The translations under genes and the position numbers were made by a program. A stretch of 57,858 nt of DNA, from NCBI GenBank assembly GCA_039591485.1, contig JBDHDN010000002.1:1-57858 (forward strand), in the 5' to 3' direction. This DNA comes from Gemmatimonadota bacterium. Lineage in GTDB: Bacteria > Gemmatimonadota > Gemmatimonadetes > Gemmatimonadales > GWC2-71-9. Numbering within the stretch: position 1 is the first letter of the stretch; every line of letters starts with the position of its first letter. This document shows, in pieces, positions 1-8,257 of the stretch. The notes beneath the pieces are model-generated. The model ran no database searches, had not been told where the DNA came from, and saw only the letters and a program-made list of their open reading frames with translations.

Positions 1-338
1 GCGTCGTGAAGCACCGTCCCCGTGTTTCTGAAGGGCCAACAGCCTGGCCCCCACTTGATGTGGAACTGCACGCCGTCGAGATCCCCCGATCCGCGAGCGT
101 TCATCGTTCCGTCACACGACCAGCCAGCCAGCTGAGAAGCATCGCGCCTGCAATTGGCGGTGGATTGTCCCGCGATCATGCCGGAGCGTCCCTTCCAGGT
201 AACCTCGCCGTCAAAGGGGGCGGAAAAAGCGAACGCGCCCAGGTCCTCCGGGAGCAAGCTGCAAGGGGCATTCATCACCCGCCGCCGGAACGTCACAAAG
301 CCGACAATAACGCCTTCCCAACGGGTGACACCGGGCAT
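1..338 (-). CDS. hypothetical protein, partial (runs off left edge)
   Basis: Minus-strand frame is open from ATG at 338 (alternative ATG at 467) to position 1. It encodes ...PFDGEVTWKGRSGMIAGQ...DLDGVQFHIKWGPGCWPFRNTGTVLHD. Third-position GC bias looks coding. Absent from the ORF track. No family recognised and no clear RBS. Confidence 0.3.
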   Translation of the reverse strand, partial: MPGVTRWEGVIVGFVTFRRRVMNAPCSLLPEDLGAFAFSAPFDGEVTWKGRSGMIAGQSTANCRRDASQLAGWSCDGTMNARGSGDLDGVQFHIKWGPGCWPFRNTGTVLHD

Positions 339-618
339 GTCAAAGAAATGGCACCGGCCCGATGCGTCACTATGACGCTTGCCGGCCCTGGCCCGGCTGC
401 TGACGTTCCCCAACGTCTTGATCACGAGCCACCAGGCCTTCCTGACCCGCGCTGCGCTCCAGAACATCGCGGAAACGACGCTCGAGAGCGTTCGCGAGTT
501 CCGGGCGGGACACGAAGGCACGGCGCTCAGCAACGCCGTCGGGACAGGAAGGTAGAGGGGGAATCCGTCTCTAGTCACGAAGAACGGCCTCCGGTCGCCG
601 CTCCGTGGGCGCACCGTG

Positions 619-1845
619 CTACCACGCTCCAATCACTTCTGCCAGCAGTGCGGCGATCCGCCGCGAGCCTTCTTCCGTGAAGTGCACGTCGTCGTACAGG
701 ATCCTCGTGTCCTGTGGCAACACGCCAGCGGCGTCGACGCACGTGAGTCCGTTGGTGCGGCACACCTCGAGCAGGACGTCGTTGTAGGCGTGCATGCCCT
801 CGGCGAGCACGGCGGTCGAGTAGTACGCGCGCGCGGGAGTCGCCGGGTAGCTTCCGACCCCACCCATCCAGAGCCGGGCGCGCTCGGCCTCGGTATTGTC
901 TGCCCGCCAGAGACTGGGCTGCGTGACCAAGACGAGCTCCACACGGGCCTCGGCCGCGGCCGCAACCATCGCCTCCAGGTTGCGCTGGTACTCGGCGAGC
1001 ATCGCAGCGAAGCGCGCGGGTAGGCGATCGATCGTGGCGCCGGCCGCACGGGCCGCGCGCCACTGGGTGATGGTCGCCCCTCGCTCGTCCTGGCGCGCCA
1101 CGGAGGTCCGCGCTTCCCAGGCGAGCTTCACCCGCCGCGCGAGCTGCCAAAGTACCGTCCGCTCGTGCCAGGGGGCGTCGCCCGGCACGGCGGGCGGCCG
1201 GTGGATCGGGCCGGGAAGGAGGACGAAGGCCCGGCGGAGCTGTGCCCGCTCGGCGTCGGGATCGGTGATCGGGGCGGGGCGCTCGTACGCGTCGCCCTGC
1301 GCCAGCGCGAACAGCAGGTCGTTGGCGCCCACGAGGACGAGGGCCACGTCGATCGGTGGCAGCTGGCGCAGCACGTAGGTGAGCTGTACCGCGTGATCCC
1401 GCGCGGTTCGCCCCGAGCGGCCGATGTTGCCGACCCACGCGCGCCGTCCACCCGGGGAGCGACCCAACCGCCGCTCCAGCAGTGCCGTCCACACCTCGTC
1501 CTCGTCCAGGTACGCGCACTCGGTTGCACTTCCGCCCAGCGCGAGGATGCGGACCTCGCTGCCGTCGTCGCCGAACGGGCGACCGCGAATGCCGTGCTCG
1601 TTCACGCGGTACCGCGCGGTCCCCTCCACGCCTGGCATCAAAGCGGGTGACGACTCGACGATGCGGTCGGTACCCGGCACCAGCACGAAGTAGCCGGTCG
1701 GCGGCGGGTAGAACGAGCGCAATCCCACTTCGGTAACGCTCAGCGCCAGCACGACGGCCACCGCGGCGAGCGCGGCATTCAGAAACCGGCCACGGATGGT
1801 CGTGGTGGGCAGGGGCGTACTCCTCGGGGAGTCCCCGAACATCAT
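619..1845 (-). CDS. SGNH/GDSL-type hydrolase family protein with N-terminal membrane anchor
   Basis: 408-aa ORF. Block I GGSATE, block III GANDL, block V DDVHFT. Hydrophobic N-terminus AALAAVAVVLALSV. Confidence 0.8.
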   Translation of the reverse strand: MMFGDSPRSTPLPTTTIRGRFLNAALAAVAVVLALSVTEVGLRSFYPPPTGYFVLVPGTDRIVESSPALMPGVEGTARYRVNEHGIRGRPFGDDGSEVRILALGGSATECAYLDEDEVWTALLERRLGRSPGGRRAWVGNIGRSGRTARDHAVQLTYVLRQLPPIDVALVLVGANDLLFALAQGDAYERPAPITDPDAERAQLRRAFVLLPGPIHRPPAVPGDAPWHERTVLWQLARRVKLAWEARTSVARQDERGATITQWRAARAAGATIDRLPARFAAMLAEYQRNLEAMVAAAAEARVELVLVTQPSLWRADNTEAERARLWMGGVGSYPATPARAYYSTAVLAEGMHAYNDVLLEVCRTNGLTCVDAAGVLPQDTRILYDDVHFTEEGSRRIAALLAEVIGAW

Positions 1846-1969
1846 GGCTGCACCGCCGTACAGACGGTAGGGCGGAGCGGCGGAGAGCGGTGCGCGTGAC
1901 CCTGCTATCTCTAGAGCACCGCAGCGTCTGGCGTCCTCCTGCGAGCCGCCCTATCGTAGCAGTACACCA

Positions 1970-2296
1970 GTGGGGGGAGCGGTGCGCGGCTCGATTCACT
2001 CGGGTACCGGATGTTCGCGCTCGTCGACCGGCCTCCAGCCGATCGGCAGGTCGACGACGGCGGTAAGGCCACCGGGGCCGCCGTGCTCCTTGAGCGTGCG
2101 TTGCTGTCCGTCGCGAACGGCGACGCTTGCCATCGAGTGGCGGGCACGACCTTGCGCCGGCATTCTCGACTCCACCGGGCCGACGGAGGTCTATGAGGTG
2201 ACGCCAGCTGGGGTCGTGCTCTGGCACCTCGTCGTGAGCAACACCCAGACCATGTTCCGCGCCGAGCCCCTTTTCTCGATCGCGGAGGAATACTGA
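1970..2296 (+). pseudogene. possible remnant of a beta-propeller (arylsulfotransferase-like) gene C-terminus
   Basis: The tail ...GILDSTGPTEVYEVTPAGVVLWHLVVSNTQTMFRAEPLFSIAEEY looks like a real protein C-terminus. Upstream sense only continues in another frame (2011..2196). No plausible N-terminus or start. Confidence 0.25.
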
Positions 2297-2411
2297 CAGG
2301 ATCGAACCGGCGACTCGCCGAGCGACCTCCCCGGTGCGGTCCTGCCGTGCAGTTGTTGGCACCGTACGAGATGAGCGTCGGCGAGCCCGATCTCGGCGGG
2401 TCGGTTTGACG

Positions 2412-3251
2412 ATGACTGACCTGGCGTTTCATCAGCTGCGGGGAGTGATCGGCGAAGGCGATCTCCACCCGGGAGGTGTCGCCACGACGGAGATGCTCCT
2501 GGCATGGCTCTCTCGATACCTCCAAGAGGGCTCGATGGTCCTCGAAGTGGGTGCGGGGATCGGCAACACGGCCACGCGCATGGCCGACCGTGGCTGGTCC
2601 GTCGTGGCGCTCGAGCCGGATCCGGTCCTGTTCGGCATCCTGCGGACACGCCGAGAGGTCACAGCGCTCAACGTGGACCTGCTGAGCCACACGGCACCGG
2701 ATCCATACGACGCCGTCGTGGCCGAGAGCGTGCTGTTCATGACCGACCTGGAGCGGGCGCTCAGCCACATCCACAGTCTTTTGCGGCCCGGCGGGGCGCT
2801 GGCGTTGGTCGACGCCGTGTGGACCGAGCGCGTCTCCCCGCAGGCGGCTGTCGAGATCCATGAGCGCAGTCTGCGGTTGTTTGGAATACCCGTGGCCTCG
2901 CGACGGCGTCTGACGTGGAGTGACTGGAGGCGCGCTTTGGGCGGCGCGGGGTTTGGTGAGCTGCAAGCTGCGCGCGTGACGCAGCCGCAGGCGAGCACGT
3001 CGACCTTTTCTCGGATGCTGCGGTTCGGATGGCGCCTCGTGCGGCATCCTCGCCAGGCGCTGCGGACCATCGAGTTTCGCAGCAAGGTACACACACTCGT
3101 GCTGCCCGAGGGGGCCTTGGAAGCGTGGGCCTACCTCGGAGCGAGCGGGCCGTCGCAGCGGGCTGGAGACCCCGGGGCCGCGGCGCCCTCTCGCTATGCG
3201 CATCAGAAGGTGGAGAGTGGTCAGGAGTCGCGGGCGGACGCCGCGACCTGA
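2412..3251 (+). CDS. class I SAM-dependent methyltransferase
   Basis: Motif I VLEVGAGIGNTA, then acidic VVALEPD, then LRPGGALALVD. Start taken at ATG 2412 (MTDLAF) inside ORF 2334..3251. Confidence 0.8.
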   Translation: MTDLAFHQLRGVIGEGDLHPGGVATTEMLLAWLSRYLQEGSMVLEVGAGIGNTATRMADRGWSVVALEPDPVLFGILRTRREVTALNVDLLSHTAPDPYDAVVAESVLFMTDLERALSHIHSLLRPGGALALVDAVWTERVSPQAAVEIHERSLRLFGIPVASRRRLTWSDWRRALGGAGFGELQAARVTQPQASTSTFSRMLRFGWRLVRHPRQALRTIEFRSKVHTLVLPEGALEAWAYLGASGPSQRAGDPGAAAPSRYAHQKVESGQESRADAAT

Positions 3252-3351
3252 GGTGCGCGTCGGCTACGGGAGTTCGGGACCGCGTGGCCGCCGTGCTGAC
3301 GGCGGTCCGAGTCGGCACGGTGTCGACGGGGTGAGACTCGCGTTGGTCCCA

Positions 3352-4338
3352 ATGAGGGCTCGTCGTCCCGCGACCGTCGTGCTCCTCGCCCTCTCGACAC
3401 TTGCCGCGTGCGGCCATTCCTCCGCGCCGACTGACCACGTCACCTGGACCCTACGAGAGTCCGGCTTCGGCGTCTCGGCGATCGTCGGGGCGACGTACGG
3501 CGCTGGTCGGTTCGTCATCGTCGGGGAAGGTGGCAAGCTGGCGACGTCGACGGACGGCGTGGCGTGGGAACTCGGGCGCTCGACCTTCGGTAGCTCGAGC
3601 ATTCGGAACGTCGTGTTTGCTGATGGGCGGTTCGTGGCGGTCGGTGTCGATGCGTCCGGCCAGCGGCGCACGATCTCCACTTCGCCCGACGGCTTGGCAT
3701 GGAGGGCGCGGGTCGCCCAGCGACCGGAGACCATGCGAGGTGCGGCGTTCGGCGACGGTGTCTGGATCGTCGTGGGCGACCGCGGGGTGATGCAGCGCTC
3801 AGTTGATCTGGTGGCCTGGTCGGAGGTCGGGCCCGAACGAGATGCCATGTGGATCAGCGTCATCTACGCCCGCGGCAGGTTCGTCGCGAGTGGTCGGGAG
3901 GAGAGCCTCGCGTATTCCGTCGATGGCTCTGCGGGAACGTGGACGGTAGTCGACCTCGGGCGGGTGCTCGAGCCCGGCTGTGAGCTCTCGCTCGACTGTA
4001 ACGACGTCGATGACGTCGTGCATACCGGCGAGCGCTTCGTTGCCGTCACTCACCCGAGCGCGGAGGTGTTCACCTCGCCCGACCTGGTGTACTGGGCTCC
4101 GCGAGCGACGGGGCTTCCCCGAGACAGTGCAGGCCTGTGGGTGGCAAATTACACCACCGGTCTCACCGTCGTGGCCGGGGGCCGAGGGAAGTTGGCGACG
4201 TCCCGCGATGGTGGCATCACATGGACGCCGGAGGATCCGGGCTTTGGCGACGACGGCATCATCGCTATTGCGCGCGGTCGCGAATTGCTGCTCGCCGGTG
4301 GACTGCACGGCCGCCTGGCAACGAGGCCCGCGCGGTAG
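3352..4338 (+). CDS. beta-propeller lipoprotein with BNR/Asp-box-like repeats
   Basis: Signal plus lipobox MRARRPATVVLLALSTLAACG. Repeated S-x-D-G-x-x-W units (ATSTDGVAW, STSPDGLAW, ATSRDGGITW). Start at ATG 3352 within ORF 3196..4338. Confidence 0.7.
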   Translation: MRARRPATVVLLALSTLAACGHSSAPTDHVTWTLRESGFGVSAIVGATYGAGRFVIVGEGGKLATSTDGVAWELGRSTFGSSSIRNVVFADGRFVAVGVDASGQRRTISTSPDGLAWRARVAQRPETMRGAAFGDGVWIVVGDRGVMQRSVDLVAWSEVGPERDAMWISVIYARGRFVASGREESLAYSVDGSAGTWTVVDLGRVLEPGCELSLDCNDVDDVVHTGERFVAVTHPSAEVFTSPDLVYWAPRATGLPRDSAGLWVANYTTGLTVVAGGRGKLATSRDGGITWTPEDPGFGDDGIIAIARGRELLLAGGLHGRLATRPAR

Positions 4339-4471
4339 TGCGCGACGTACTGCCGTACCTCCTACCCTCCTACAATCCTCAGCGTCAGTCCCTCCATAAA
4401 GGCACCACGTCGCGCTCGACACCGAACAGCAGCTCCGCGGTGGTGATGGCGGCGATCGCGATTCTGTCCGA

Positions 4472-4500
4472 TTGCCGTCGCAAAGCCGACATGCAATATT
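4472..4500 (+). promoter_or_regulatory. candidate sigma70-type promoter for the M16 peptidase pair
   Basis: TTGCCG (4472-4477), 17-nt spacer, TGc-AATATT extended -10 (4495-4500). About 100 nt upstream of the 4608 start. Confidence 0.25.
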
Positions 4501-4607
4501 GGGCTTACCGCGTTCGCTCCGCACCCTTGCCGATCCAGGCGGTTCTGGGTGGGCGCTCAGGGCGTGCGGAGTGCACAGCGATCCGCACAAGTGTGTTCGG
4601 AGGTGCA

Positions 4608-6083
4608 ATGGAGCACACACAGCGTAGCCGGGGCGCTGTCGCACCCTCGTCCCTGGTCTGCAAGGCAGTAAGCGCATCGACCACACCGCGCGGTGCCGGC
4701 AGGCTGCCGCGCGTCGTCTCCCTGCGGACGGCGGTTGCTGTCTCAGTGCTCGGGATGTTGCCGTGGGCGCTGGCGGGGCAGCAGGAGGTACTCACAGAAG
4801 CGCTCAAGCGCATGGAGCTTGCCAACGGCCTCCACGTCGTCGTCGTCGAGAACCACACCATCCCGCTAGCATCTGTGCTTGTGGCGGTGCGGAGCGGCGC
4901 CTTCACACAGCGTCCCGGCGAGGCGGGCTTGGCACACCTCCAGGAACACGTGCTCTTCCGGGCATATGGCCCCGAGTCCGGGTCGTTCCAGCAGGATGTC
5001 GCCGCGCTCAATGGCGCGTACAATGGCGCGACCACGGCAGAGGTCGTGAGCTACTTTCTTACGCTGCCGTCCGACAAGACCGAGCAGGCGATCCGGATTC
5101 TGGCGAAGCTGGTGGCCGATTCGCACGCCGATGACGACGCCATGGACGGTGCCCTTCCCGTCGTACTCGACGAACTGGCCCGTGAGGCGTCCGACCCCGA
5201 AGCCGCGTTTGCCCGGCAGGTAGCGCAGGAGTTGTGGGGTGCTGGCTGGCATCGGCGAGACGTGAGTGGTGACAGTACGTCGCTCAGGATACTGACGAAG
5301 CACCGGCTCAACGAGGCCTACGCACGTTACTATGTTCCCAACAACGCTGCCCTGATCGTAACGGGTGATGTCGATACGACGGCCGTCTTCGGGTGGGCCG
5401 AGGAGCATTTCGGCAACTGGCAGCGGGGAGTCGATCTGGCTGCCGGATCGGATTTGCCGCCACTTCCCGCGCTGATGGGTAATCGGGGCGTCGCGGCAAG
5501 TAAGCCGATGTACGAGGTCAGCGTCCGGATCCAGTACCGTGGGCCGGGGTCCCGCGCCGATCCCGCTGCAGCCGCGGGGGCACAAATCGTGGTCCAGATG
5601 CTCAATGACCAAGGTTCGGCGTTTCAGCAGCGGCTCGTGGAGCATGGTCCTTATCACTGGCTGCGTGTTGACTATGAACCGCTTCAGGATGTGGGATCGA
5701 TCACGTTCCGGGGCAAGACATCGCAGGCAGATGCGCGGGACGCGGTGACCTCCTTGCTCGCCGAGCTCGAGCGGCTTGACGAGCTGCGCGGCGTGACCGA
5801 CGAAGATCTTGCCATCGCGAAGAAGCGGCGCATTGTTGACAGCGCCCTGCTGCTAGAACAGACGGCCACTCTCGCCCCGGTCATTGCATCCTGGTGGGCG
5901 CGTAGCGATGCGATGCTCCCGCTCGGCCACCAGGAGTGGGACGACGCAGAGATCCGGCGAGCCGCGGCCGACTTCATCAGACGCTACTTGCTGGACACGC
6001 CCAAGGTCATCGGTGTCGCCGGACCTCCGGCGGTGATGCGAAGGGTGGAGGCGTGGCTGCGCACGCTTCAGGCACCGTCATGA
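4608..6083 (+). CDS. M16 family (pitrilysin/insulinase-like) zinc peptidase, catalytic subunit
   Basis: Inverted zinc motif HxxEH present (LAHLQEHVLF). N-terminal signal-like region. Start at ATG 4608 within ORF 4137..6083. Confidence 0.85.
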   Translation: MEHTQRSRGAVAPSSLVCKAVSASTTPRGAGRLPRVVSLRTAVAVSVLGMLPWALAGQQEVLTEALKRMELANGLHVVVVENHTIPLASVLVAVRSGAFTQRPGEAGLAHLQEHVLFRAYGPESGSFQQDVAALNGAYNGATTAEVVSYFLTLPSDKTEQAIRILAKLVADSHADDDAMDGALPVVLDELAREASDPEAAFARQVAQELWGAGWHRRDVSGDSTSLRILTKHRLNEAYARYYVPNNAALIVTGDVDTTAVFGWAEEHFGNWQRGVDLAAGSDLPPLPALMGNRGVAASKPMYEVSVRIQYRGPGSRADPAAAAGAQIVVQMLNDQGSAFQQRLVEHGPYHWLRVDYEPLQDVGSITFRGKTSQADARDAVTSLLAELERLDELRGVTDEDLAIAKKRRIVDSALLLEQTATLAPVIASWWARSDAMLPLGHQEWDDAEIRRAAADFIRRYLLDTPKVIGVAGPPAVMRRVEAWLRTLQAPS

Positions 6084-7393
6084 CGCGGCGGTTGCCGTTC
6101 TGGCTTTGGGGGAGCGGCCTCGTGCTGGGCACCGCGGTGTTGCCGGCCTGCGGTTCCGTGACGGCGGTGCCGCCGGCCCTGGCCGACTCGATGGTGACGG
6201 ACCACGTGGTGTCGGGCGTCCGCGTCATTCATCGCCGGACTGTCGGCAGCGAGGTCGTCAGCGTCCGGCTCTACCTCTTAGGAGGCTCGAGCCAACTCAC
6301 ACGCGAGACCGCTGGGATCGAAGCGCTCCTGGTGCACGCGGCGGCCCTGGGAGGCGAGCGGTCCCTGGCGCGAACCGGTGCCCGGGCGATTCTCGACCTC
6401 GAGCCTGACTGGACGGTGCTTGGCTTCATGGGGCTCAGGCAGGATTTCGATTCAGCCTGGTCGATCTTCGCGGAGCGTGTCACCAACCCGACGCTGTCAG
6501 CCGCGACCATCGACCGGGCGCGCAACCAGCTGATCAGTGCAGCACAGCGGCGGTACTCGCAGCCGGATCTGCGCATCGCCCAGCTCGTCGGGGCGCTGGC
6601 GTTTGACAGTCATCCCTACTCGCTGGATCCGTGGGGTACCGAGGCATCGCTCAAGCGGATCACGGCCGCCGACGTTCGTGCATATGCGGCGGAGCAGCTG
6701 GTGACGTCGCGGATGCTCCTCGTCGTCGTGGGGGACCTGCCAGACCGCGAGGTGTCTTCACGTGTCGCCGCGACGATCGGCGCCCTGCCAGCTGGTACCT
6801 ATCGGTCTGAGGTCCCGCCTCCGGTGCCGCAGCACAGATACCGCTGGCACGTCGAGAATCGCCCGCTACCGACCAACTACATCCTCTGCTACTTCGCCGG
6901 ACCGCGACCCACCGACGGCGACGACTACTACGCGTTTCGAGTCGCGACCGCGCTGCTGTCAAACCGCATCGAGTTCGCAGTGCGCGAGCAGCAGTCCTTG
7001 TCCTACGCGGCCTACGCGCCGTACCGGGACGGCGCCGTGCCGGTTGGTGGCTTCTACGCCAGCACCCCCAATCCGGGCCGAGTGATCCGGCTCATGCGCA
7101 GGGCGCTCGTGGCCCTTCCGTGGACGCCCGACTCGGTTCCCTACTGGGTGTGGGACAGGTTCCTCGACGGATTCACCCTTCAGGAATACCAGCGCAGGCT
7201 CACCAGTGATGCCCAGGCGGAGACATTGGGGCGCGCGCAGATCCTGTTTGGCGACTATCGCGCAGCAGACGAGTACGTCGCGCATATCCGGGGCGTATCC
7301 AAAGGGGAGGTCGCACGGGTAGCGAAGGAGCACATGCTCGATTTCGAGTGTGGCTACCTGGGCGACACGACCTTGATGCGTGGCGAGTGGTGA
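6080..7393 (+). CDS. M16 family peptidase, non-catalytic partner subunit
   Basis: M16 fold-like sequence without HxxEH. Signal MTRRLPFWLWGSGLVLGTAVLPACGS. ATGA start/stop overlap with the upstream M16 gene. Confidence 0.8.
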   Translation: MTRRLPFWLWGSGLVLGTAVLPACGSVTAVPPALADSMVTDHVVSGVRVIHRRTVGSEVVSVRLYLLGGSSQLTRETAGIEALLVHAAALGGERSLARTGARAILDLEPDWTVLGFMGLRQDFDSAWSIFAERVTNPTLSAATIDRARNQLISAAQRRYSQPDLRIAQLVGALAFDSHPYSLDPWGTEASLKRITAADVRAYAAEQLVTSRMLLVVVGDLPDREVSSRVAATIGALPAGTYRSEVPPPVPQHRYRWHVENRPLPTNYILCYFAGPRPTDGDDYYAFRVATALLSNRIEFAVREQQSLSYAAYAPYRDGAVPVGGFYASTPNPGRVIRLMRRALVALPWTPDSVPYWVWDRFLDGFTLQEYQRRLTSDAQAETLGRAQILFGDYRAADEYVAHIRGVSKGEVARVAKEHMLDFECGYLGDTTLMRGEW

Positions 7394-7820
7394 CATCCGG
7401 AACGCGCGCGCCGGGCGCACATCGAGACGTCGAGCGCTTCCGCGACATCGTTCGCGACCGCTGCCTGCACCCGGAAGAGTTCGGGGACTGATAGCGGCAC
7501 CGTGAAGGTGTCGGCCCAGACATGGGACTCGTCCAATGTCCGGATGAGCTGGGGTCTGATCCGGACCGACGTGGTCCCGTCGCCGGAATGCACGACCTGC
7601 ACCGTGCCTTCCATGAGGTAATCGACGCCGAGTTCCTCGGCGATGACGCTCACGGGCTTCGTCCTGCCGCTGTACTGGATCGTACTCTGGCGCGCGATGA
7701 CGGCGAGCCAGCCAGGTTCGCGAGACGGCCGGTGATCTCGTCGGTGATGCCTTCCACGTGAGCGGTGCACACATCGGGGCACCGGAACGAGCCCACCGTA
7801 GCGCTTTCGGTACTCGGCAT
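7354..7820 (-). pseudogene. frameshifted, truncated remnant of a TolB-N-terminal-like (FlgO/CsgG-like) periplasmic domain protein
   Basis: One frame gives ...SFRCPDVCTAHVEGITDEITGRLANLAG. After a shift near 7705-7715 it continues LAVIARQSTIQYSGRTKPVSVIAEELGVDYLMEGTVQ...HVWADTF...FRVQAAVANDVAEAL. No N-terminal or TPR parts. The 3' end overlaps the M16 gene. Confidence 0.45.
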
Positions 7821-7870
7821 GCCGAGCGTATGCCGTAGGTCGCGGCGATCCGGCGGGGGAGAACGCCACC

Positions 7871-8257
7871 ATGCCGGTTACAGCCAGACTCTCACGGAAG
7901 TGCTACGAGCGCTCAGGCGAAGAGATCGCCAACGAGCTCGTGGACTGGTTCAACGCGGTGGACGCCACCTATCGCACCGATCCGCGGCCGCTGAACGAGC
8001 TGAACTTGCAGCGCTTTTGCCGCCAACGTCGAACAGCGCTTCGACCAGGCCGGCGCGAGGTGGGGGCGTCGTTTCGCGGAGTTCACGACCGTGTCGCCGA
8101 ACCGGTCGGAGAACCGGCGGGACAACGTCGCGGTGACGGGCATCTCCCGACCAAAACATCTGCTCGGCAGGGCAGTCAATCCGCTGTACTTCGGGGCTTG
8201 GCATGCCGACTCCCGGAGCTCAGCGGGCTCGAACCTCAATCTCCGTCACCCCGCTGA
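7871..8257 (+). pseudogene. remnant of a coiled-coil membrane-anchored protein family (N-terminus only, frameshifted)
   Basis: N-terminus MPVTARLSRKCYERSGEEIANELVDWFNAVDATYRTDPRPLNELNLQRF looks genuine. After the T4 run at 8015-8018 the family-like continuation (AANVEQRFDQA..RFAEF) is in another frame, which never closes properly. Confidence 0.35.

Noticed and set aside
575-2362. 595-aa minus-strand ORF, extremely Arg-rich
   Set aside because: It overlaps the SGNH hydrolase in another frame. Its composition (runs of R, A, G, P) is non-protein-like. This is an alternative-frame artefact of GC-rich coding DNA.
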